The notes beneath the pieces are model-generated. The model had not been told where the DNA came from and made no database searches. It was given only the letters and a program-made list of their open reading frames with translations. The position numbers were made by a program, and so were the translations under genes. From positions 127,224 through 139,323 of the forward strand of contig MCBF01000001.1 of assembly GCA_001742785.1 (NCBI GenBank): a stretch of 12,100 nt of DNA, given 5' to 3'. Positions 6,488-12,100 of this stretch are shown here, piece after piece (position 1 is the stretch's first letter; every line of letters starts with the position of its first letter). Source of the DNA: Candidatus Altiarchaeales archaeon IMC4 (GTDB taxonomy: Archaea > Altiarchaeota > Altiarchaeia > IMC4).

Positions 6488-6955
6488 ATGTCCGTCAAAA
6501 AGGGCGAAAAGAAAAATTGTGCAGAGTTTGAAAAAGAACTGCTTGCGGAGAGAGAATTATCCGGAAAACGCCTTGAGCAGTTGAAGTACCTCCATGCGGA
6601 TTTCGACAACTTCCGAAAGATTGCGGAAAAGCAAAACAGCGAGGTTGTGAAGCGCGCGAACGAGCAGCTCGTTTCGCAGATTCTGCCGGTGCTTGACGAC
6701 TTTGACGCGGTTTTGGCAAGGTCAAAAGACGCCGCTTCAGAATCTGTTCACAAGAAACTTATAAATGTCCTGATGGAGAGGGGGCTTGCCACGATAGGGG
6801 CAAAAGGCATGTTCGACCACAACCTCCACGAGGCGATATGCTGCGGGAAATCTGACAAAGAGGATGGGACCATAATTGAGGAACTTCAAAAGGGATACAC
6901 GCTAAACGGCAGGGTGATAAGGCACTCGAAAGTCAAAGTGGCAAAGAATGATTAA
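6488..6955 (+). CDS. grpE: Nucleotide exchange factor GrpE
   Basis: YLHADFDNFRK, ILPVLDDFD, FDHNLHEAI and ELQKGYTLNGRVIRHSKVKVAK. Lies upstream of dnaK. Compact at 155 aa. Confidence 0.96.
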   Translation: MSVKKGEKKNCAEFEKELLAERELSGKRLEQLKYLHADFDNFRKIAEKQNSEVVKRANEQLVSQILPVLDDFDAVLARSKDAASESVHKKLINVLMERGLATIGAKGMFDHNLHEAICCGKSDKEDGTIIEELQKGYTLNGRVIRHSKVKVAKND

Positions 6956-7877
6956 AACAACGTTCGTTTTATTTGGGATTTTGGCATTGGTTTTCGTTAG
7001 CGGATGTGTCGATGAGACGGGAAGCAATAAGCAAGGAGTCGATATCACAAAAAAAGCAACACCGGACAACGGCATTGATAAAGAAAAATGTATAGCCGAG
7101 TTTGCATCAAACGGTCGTTCACTATCAACTTCAGAAATCAACTCATTCACCTCAACGACAGAGACACTAATCCAAGAGAACGTAGATATTTCAATAAAAG
7201 AGTTAAATACGATATTTGGTATAGATTCGTCAGTACATTCTTTAGAGTTGGAATTGGTTGTTTCAGATATGTTAGAGTGCGATGTTGATCTTCATGTATA
7301 TGACGAAGGGGGCAGGCACACCGGTTTCAGCTACCTGAAAAATTCAAATGAATATTTGATACCGAGTTCCAGTTATACCGGGCGCGAAGCTTGGATAGAA
7401 AGAATAAACATTAACAACACCGATAGGGGACAACATAATTACAGAGTTGTAACCAGAACCATCGCGGTTCCAAAACATGGAACCCTAATAAAGGTCAGTT
7501 TAACTAAGATTCCAGAAAGACCAGCGATATTGAGGGCAATCCCCCTACAAACACGTGATAAAGTTTCGCGTGGTGAAAACGGGGGCATAATAGTTGAATT
7601 TGAGGAGTATGGGAATCAAAAACCAATTTATAACATTTCGATATTTGCTGAACCGTTAGTTGATGAATCAGGGAATGAAATAGAGTTACCATTGAACGTG
7701 CAAGAAGCAGATAAATTAGACCCTGGAAGATATTTGTCGGTTAGGGGCGACATCAATGTTTCGGACGATGCGGCACCGGGCATATACTATGGTCAAATTT
7801 ATGCAACATCCAGTGCCGGTTGTGTTAGTATCCCGATCTACTTGGAAGTGCTGGAAAAATCAAAAGAGGGTTTATGA
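6948..7877 (+). CDS. Putative lipoprotein / cell-surface protein with beta-rich domains
   Basis: Hydrophobic signal with FVSGC. Contains [15 protein letters not shown] and an Ig-like C-terminal pattern ([18 protein letters not shown]). The start overlaps grpE by 8 bp. AT-rich (line 7201-7260 has 19/60 G+C). Confidence 0.8.
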   Translation: MIKTTFVLFGILALVFVSGCVDETGSNKQGVDITKKATPDNGIDKEKCIAEFASNGRSLSTSEINSFTSTTETLIQENVDISIKELNTIFGIDSSVHSLELELVVSDMLECDVDLHVYDEGGRHTGFSYLKNSNEYLIPSSSYTGREAWIERININNTDRGQHNYRVVTRTIAVPKHGTLIKVSLTKIPERPAILRAIPLQTRDKVSRGENGGIIVEFEEYGNQKPIYNISIFAEPLVDESGNEIELPLNVQEADKLDPGRYLSVRGDINVSDDAAPGIYYGQIYATSSAGCVSIPIYLEVLEKSKEGL

Positions 7878-7908
7878 CGTTAATGTTAATCTAATTGAGG
7901 TAAAAAAA

Positions 7909-9783
7909 ATGACGCAAGAAAACAAAACAAAAAAGGAGAAAATCATAGGAATTGACCTTGGAACTTCGAACTCCGCCGCGGCCGTTATGATGGGTGGAAA
8001 GCCGACGATGATTCCGAGCAAGGAGGGTACAAGCATGTACGGCAAGGCGTTCCCAAGCTACGTTGCATTCACAAAGGACGGCCAGCGGCTGGTTGGGGAG
8101 CCGGCAAGAAGGCAGGCGGTAAGCAACCCGGGGGGGACGGTCTACGCCGCAAAAAGGAAAATGGGGACCTCCCATAAGTTCAAGGCGCAGGGCAAGGAGT
8201 ACACGCCCCAGCAGATTTCCGCGTTCATCCTCCAGAAGATAAAAGAGGACTCGGAGGAGTTTCTGGGCGAGAAGATAAATAAGGCGGTTATAACCGTGCC
8301 TGCGTACTTCAACGACAACCAGCGCCAGGCGACAAAGGATGCGGGCGAGATTGCGGGCATTGAGGTCGTGCGCCTTGTGAACGAGCCGACCGCTGCGTCG
8401 ATGGCTTACGGAATCGACCGCCTTGAGGAGGAGCAGGAGATACTTGTTTTCGACTTCGGCGGCGGGACCCTTGACGTTACAATCATGGAATTCGGCGGCG
8501 GGGTTTTCGAGGTCAAGGGGACCGACGGCGACACCCAGCTTGGCGGAACCGACATGGACAACGCTCTGATCGACTACCTCGCGGGCGAGTTCAAGAAGAA
8601 GGAGGGCGTTGACCTAAAATCCGACGAGAAGGCGTTCATCCGCCTCAAGGAAGCGGCCGAGAAGGCAAAGATCGAGCTTTCGACTACCATGGCCACCGAG
8701 GTGAACATACCCTACATCCACGAGCAGAAGAGCCTGCAGATGGAGATAACGAGGGCAAAGCTCGAGCAGCTTGTGATGCCGATAATCGAGCGGTGCAAGG
8801 CGCCGCTTGAGCGCGCGCTGAAGAAGGCGAAGATGACCAAGGAAAATGTAACAAAAATAATCATGGTCGGGGGGCCTACGAGGATGCCGGTCGTGCAGAA
8901 GTTCGTCGAGAACCACATAGGCAAAAAAATCGAGCGCGGCATGGACCCGATGGAGTGCGTTGCAGCGGGAGCGGCCATCCAGGCCGGCGTTCTTGCGGGC
9001 GATGTAAAGGACATCGTCCTTCTTGACGTGACACCGCTGACCTTGGGCATCGAAACCCTCGGAGGGGTTGCCACTGCGCTTATCCCCTCGAACACCACGA
9101 TACCGAGCAAGAAGTCGCAGATATTCTCGACCGCCGCGGACATGCAGACCGCGGTAACGATTCATGTCGTGCAGGGAGAGCGCCCGATGGCGGCAGACAA
9201 CACGTCGCTTGGGATGTTCAACCTTGTCGGCATACCGCCGGCACCCCGCGGCGTGCCGCAAATCGAGGTAACATTCGACATAGACTCGAACGGGATACTG
9301 CACGTGAAGGCGAAAGACTTAGGCACGGGAAAGGAGCAGGGCATAACCATAACCGCCTCTACGAAACTGAACAAGGGCGACATCGAGAAGATGAAGACCG
9401 AGGCCAAGAAATTCGAGGAAGCCGACAAGAAAAAGAAGGAGGAGGTCGAGACCAAGAACGAGGCCGATTCGCTGGCTTACACTGCCGAAAGCACGCTCAG
9501 GGAGCTTGGCGACAAGGTAAGCGCCGATGCAAAGACTAAGGTCGAGGATGCGGTAAAGGAAGTCAAAGAGGCGCTTTCCGGGGACGACATCGCGAACATA
9601 AAGGAAAAGACCGATGTCCTGAGAAACGCCCTCCAGGAAGTCGGCAAGGCGGTTTACGCGCAGGCCCAGGCGGGGCAGCAGCAGGCGGGGCAGCAGGCGC
9701 AAAGCGAGGAAGCATCAGGTAGCGGGAAGAAGGAGAAGGTCGTTGATGCCGAGTACACCGTTGAGGACGAGGAGAAGAAGTAA
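7909..9783 (+). CDS. dnaK: Chaperone DnaK (Hsp70)
   Basis: [47 protein letters not shown] and VVDAEY tail. Start set at ATG 7909 (SD GAGGT at 7897-7901) rather than 7756. 624 aa. Confidence 0.99.
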   Translation: MTQENKTKKEKIIGIDLGTSNSAAAVMMGGKPTMIPSKEGTSMYGKAFPSYVAFTKDGQRLVGEPARRQAVSNPGGTVYAAKRKMGTSHKFKAQGKEYTPQQISAFILQKIKEDSEEFLGEKINKAVITVPAYFNDNQRQATKDAGEIAGIEVVRLVNEPTAASMAYGIDRLEEEQEILVFDFGGGTLDVTIMEFGGGVFEVKGTDGDTQLGGTDMDNALIDYLAGEFKKKEGVDLKSDEKAFIRLKEAAEKAKIELSTTMATEVNIPYIHEQKSLQMEITRAKLEQLVMPIIERCKAPLERALKKAKMTKENVTKIIMVGGPTRMPVVQKFVENHIGKKIERGMDPMECVAAGAAIQAGVLAGDVKDIVLLDVTPLTLGIETLGGVATALIPSNTTIPSKKSQIFSTAADMQTAVTIHVVQGERPMAADNTSLGMFNLVGIPPAPRGVPQIEVTFDIDSNGILHVKAKDLGTGKEQGITITASTKLNKGDIEKMKTEAKKFEEADKKKKEEVETKNEADSLAYTAESTLRELGDKVSADAKTKVEDAVKEVKEALSGDDIANIKEKTDVLRNALQEVGKAVYAQAQAGQQQAGQQAQSEEASGSGKKEKVVDAEYTVEDEEKK

Positions 9784-9784
9784 A

Positions 9785-9809
9785 CCTTCTTCTCTTTTTT
9801 TCTTATTTT
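9785..9809 (+). terminator. Oligo-T/pyrimidine tract after dnaK (archaeal-type terminator)
   Basis: CCTTCTTCTCTTTTTTTCTTATTTT starts two bases after the dnaK stop. Confidence 0.5.
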
Positions 9810-9815
9810 AAAAAA

Positions 9816-10592
9816 TTGAAAAATAGGTCTGAAATTCCAGAGGCGATGGCAGTTTCGGTGCTGGCTTTGATTTTAGCCGCATCGATGAGTGGGTGTATTG
9901 GTAAAGAATTTGGGGGGACACATAAGGAAAGTATAGCCGAGATATCTGGTTTGGATATAGAGAATCGCGAATTACATCTTGGAGACAAGCTGATAGCAAA
10001 CATGAGTATAGCAAACTATGGGCAGACACTGGAAAATGCTACATTGAATATCAGTATTCATAATGTTGATTATTTAGACAATCCAAATGAGGAGATACCT
10101 ATAATGACAATTCCTATTTCAATTGGCGCGGCAAACTGGACATCTCTTAATTACAATTTTACAGTCGAAAATATACCTTATGGGTGGTACCTACTCAAAA
10201 CATTTTTATATTCCTCAAATGGAACGAAACTATCTGCATGGGTAACTGACTTTAGAGTTAATCCAGTGGAATATATTGAATTAAGGGTATATCTAGAGAA
10301 CTATAAATATGATGCATATTTAGATGAGTATATGTATGCTCCGGGTGGCATAGTCAATGCAAGCGTTGAAACTATAAATATATCTGGGGATTACATCCCG
10401 GCAACAATAACAGGAAAAGTATTAGCGCCAAATGGTGTAACCTATCCAGTAATTATAACAGAAGTAAGCACAGGAAGATGGTATGTAACCTTTACTGCAC
10501 CAAACGTAACTGGCGCTTATAAATTAAGATTAAACGCAACTAAAGTTGATTGCACACGATCAGAAGAGAGAGGGTTTAGAATATCTAACTAA
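9816..10592 (+). CDS. Putative lipoprotein / surface glycoprotein with two Ig-like beta-sandwich domains
   Basis: Signal VSVLALILAASMSGC, ten N-x-S/T sequons in the mature part and Ig-like patterns (ENIPYGWYLL; FTAPNVTGAYKLRLNAT). AT-rich (line 10141-10200 has 19/60 G+C). Start uncertain: TTG 9816 or ATG 9846. Confidence 0.8.
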   Translation: MKNRSEIPEAMAVSVLALILAASMSGCIGKEFGGTHKESIAEISGLDIENRELHLGDKLIANMSIANYGQTLENATLNISIHNVDYLDNPNEEIPIMTIPISIGAANWTSLNYNFTVENIPYGWYLLKTFLYSSNGTKLSAWVTDFRVNPVEYIELRVYLENYKYDAYLDEYMYAPGGIVNASVETINISGDYIPATITGKVLAPNGVTYPVIITEVSTGRWYVTFTAPNVTGAYKLRLNATKVDCTRSEERGFRISN

Positions 10593-10601
10593 CCCAAAAC
10601 C

Positions 10602-11756
10602 ATGACAACAACCCGCGACTACTACGAAATCCTTGGAATTGACAGGAATGCAACGAAGCAGGATGTAAAAAAGGCCTACAGGAAATTAGCGATGCAGTAC
10701 CACCCGGACCGCAACAAGGAGCCCGGGGCCGAGGATAAATTCAAGGAGATTTCCGAGGCGTATGCGGTACTTTCCGATGAAACAAAGAAACAGCAGTACG
10801 ACCACTATGGCCACGCAGGGATCGACGGGCGCTACAGCGAGGAGGACATATTCCGCGGCACGAACTTCGACGACATATTCAGGGAGTTCGGCTTCGGGGG
10901 GTTCGGAAGCAGCATATTCGAAAACGTCTTTGGCGGCGGGGGGCAGGGCAGAAGGCAACGCGCAGGACCCGAACGCGGCGACGATTTGCGGGTCGACCTT
11001 GAGCTGAGCCTCGAGGATGTTGCAAACGGGATAAAGACCAGCATAACCGTCCCGCACACGAAGACCTGCCCGAAGTGCAGGGGTTCGAAGGCAATGCCCG
11101 GAACAAAGCCGAAGACATGCCCTTCCTGCAGCGGTACCGGCCAGAAAAGGGACGTAAGAAGCCGCGGATTCAGCCAGTTCATAAGCATAACCACGTGCAC
11201 CGCATGCGGCGGGCAGGGCAGGGTCGTGGAAAAACCGTGCAACGAGTGTTCGGGCCATGGGGTTGTCGAGGTAAAAAGCAAGGTCCACGTGAGGATCCCT
11301 GCGGGTATCGACACCGGCTCGCGCATCAGGATATCCGCGGAAGGCGACGCCGGGGCCATGGGCGGACCGCCGGGGGATTTGTACGTCGTGGTGCACGTAA
11401 AGCCGCACCCTGTTTTCGAGCGCCACGCCGACGACATAATCTGCCAGATGCCTATAACCTTCGCGCAGGCGGCCCTTGGAACGGAAATCGAGGTACCTAA
11501 GCTTGCCGGAAAGAAGGCAACTATCAAGATCCCCGCGGGAACCCAGACCGGAACCGTCTTCAGGCTTAAGGGCATGGGCATACCTCACCTCAGGGGCGGG
11601 GCGGGCGACGAGCTTGTCAGGGTGGTTGTCAAAACCCCTGAAAAACTGGGCAAAAAAGAAAGGCAGCTGCTCCATGAGTTTGCGCACCTTCGGGGCGAAA
11701 AGGTAACACCCGAAAAGGGCATAATGGACATGGTGAAGGGCGCGCTCGGAAGTTAG
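10602..11756 (+). CDS. dnaJ: Chaperone DnaJ (type I)
   Basis: J-domain DYYEILG...YHPDRN, G/F-rich region, four zinc-finger repeats (CPKCRGSK, CPSCSGTG, CTACGGQG, CNECSGHG) and C-terminal GDLYV/FRLKGMGIP. Confidence 0.99.
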   Translation: MTTTRDYYEILGIDRNATKQDVKKAYRKLAMQYHPDRNKEPGAEDKFKEISEAYAVLSDETKKQQYDHYGHAGIDGRYSEEDIFRGTNFDDIFREFGFGGFGSSIFENVFGGGGQGRRQRAGPERGDDLRVDLELSLEDVANGIKTSITVPHTKTCPKCRGSKAMPGTKPKTCPSCSGTGQKRDVRSRGFSQFISITTCTACGGQGRVVEKPCNECSGHGVVEVKSKVHVRIPAGIDTGSRIRISAEGDAGAMGGPPGDLYVVVHVKPHPVFERHADDIICQMPITFAQAALGTEIEVPKLAGKKATIKIPAGTQTGTVFRLKGMGIPHLRGGAGDELVRVVVKTPEKLGKKERQLLHEFAHLRGEKVTPEKGIMDMVKGALGS

Positions 11757-11882
11757 TTTTTAAAGTTATGCTCCCTATCATTAAAAATACGAAAATAAAC
11801 AACCGCCGACTAAAGTCGGCGGTATTTTGCCAGCGTAGTTACGCTGCGAAGTCCCGCAAAGTGGTCTGAGAATCGCTTTGCT

Positions 11883-12100
11883 TCACAAGCACCTCCTCGG
11901 CTTTGAGGATGCCCATCCAATCACCTTCCTCATGAATCGTAGATTCATGGGATACCATTTGCGATTTAATCGCAAATGCTTATGGCTTTGGGCAATGTAG
12001 TGCTTGACTGTGTCGGCAGTAACGTTGCCGACAGAGCGAAAAAACTTACCCCTCGACCAGAAGTGTCCGCCCCACAAACGGCGGCGTATTCGTGGAAACT
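11883..12100 (-). CDS. tnpA: IS200/IS605-family Y1 HUH transposase TnpA (5'-partial)
   Basis: The frame is open from the window edge: FPRIRRRLWGGHFWSRGKFFRSVGNVTADTVKHYIAQS..., matching the IS200 C-terminal signature (LWGGHFW.RG.F..SVG.V....V..YI..Q) with the catalytic Tyr. Confidence 0.9.
   Translation of the reverse strand, partial: FPRIRRRLWGGHFWSRGKFFRSVGNVTADTVKHYIAQSHKHLRLNRKWYPMNLRFMRKVIGWASSKPRRCL
11922..11983. repeat. Single double-hairpin unit homologous to the 4342-4705 array units
   Basis: CACCTTCCT-[CATGAATC GTA GATTCATG]-GGATAC-[CATTTGCGAT TTA ATCGCAAATG]-CTTAT. Confidence 0.75.

Larger units (their letters stand above)
11795..12100 (-). mobile_element. IS200/IS605-family element end (partial) with subterminal hairpin
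   Basis: tnpA C-terminus plus the perfect hairpin ACCGCCGAC-TAAA-GTCGGCGGT (11802-11823), whose CTAAAG/CTTTAG apex is typical of IS200/IS605 ends. The exact end is inferred, not seen. Confidence 0.75.

Noticed and set aside
7756..7908. 51-aa N-terminal extension of DnaK
   Set aside because: It overlaps the upstream lipoprotein gene, and the SD GAGGT plus the family start support ATG 7909.
4716..11706. Long antisense and alternate-frame ORFs over ths, dnaK and dnaJ (e.g. 5378-6433, 8614-9303, 10686-11687)
   Set aside because: These are shadow ORFs of GC-rich, codon-biased genes with no independent motifs.

Overview
Archaeal DNA, probably from a DPANN-type lineage (inferred from gene content only). 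The left part carries a partial winged-helix-like gene with a coding 18-bp tandem repeat, ribose-1,5-bisphosphate isomerase, a Cys-rich repeat lipoprotein and a SAMHD1-like HD phosphohydrolase ending in a PCNA-binding-type PIP box. The centre and right hold a chaperone cluster, hsp20 - thermosome - grpE - dnaK - dnaJ, interleaved with two AT-rich lipoprotein genes, followed by the 3' end of an IS200/IS605-family HUH transposase. The main finding is a ~360-bp intergenic mosaic between hsp20 and the thermosome gene. It is made of about six degenerate double-hairpin units (full units ~55-62 bp) with conserved linkers and covarying stems. A further copy of the unit lies ~7.3 kb away inside the 3' end of the tnpA gene, which suggests an archaeal REP/BIME-like repeat plus HUH nuclease system or a repeated structured RNA. 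The hsp20 and thermosome promoters also share a 27-bp element identical at 26 of 27 positions, a candidate heat-shock operator.
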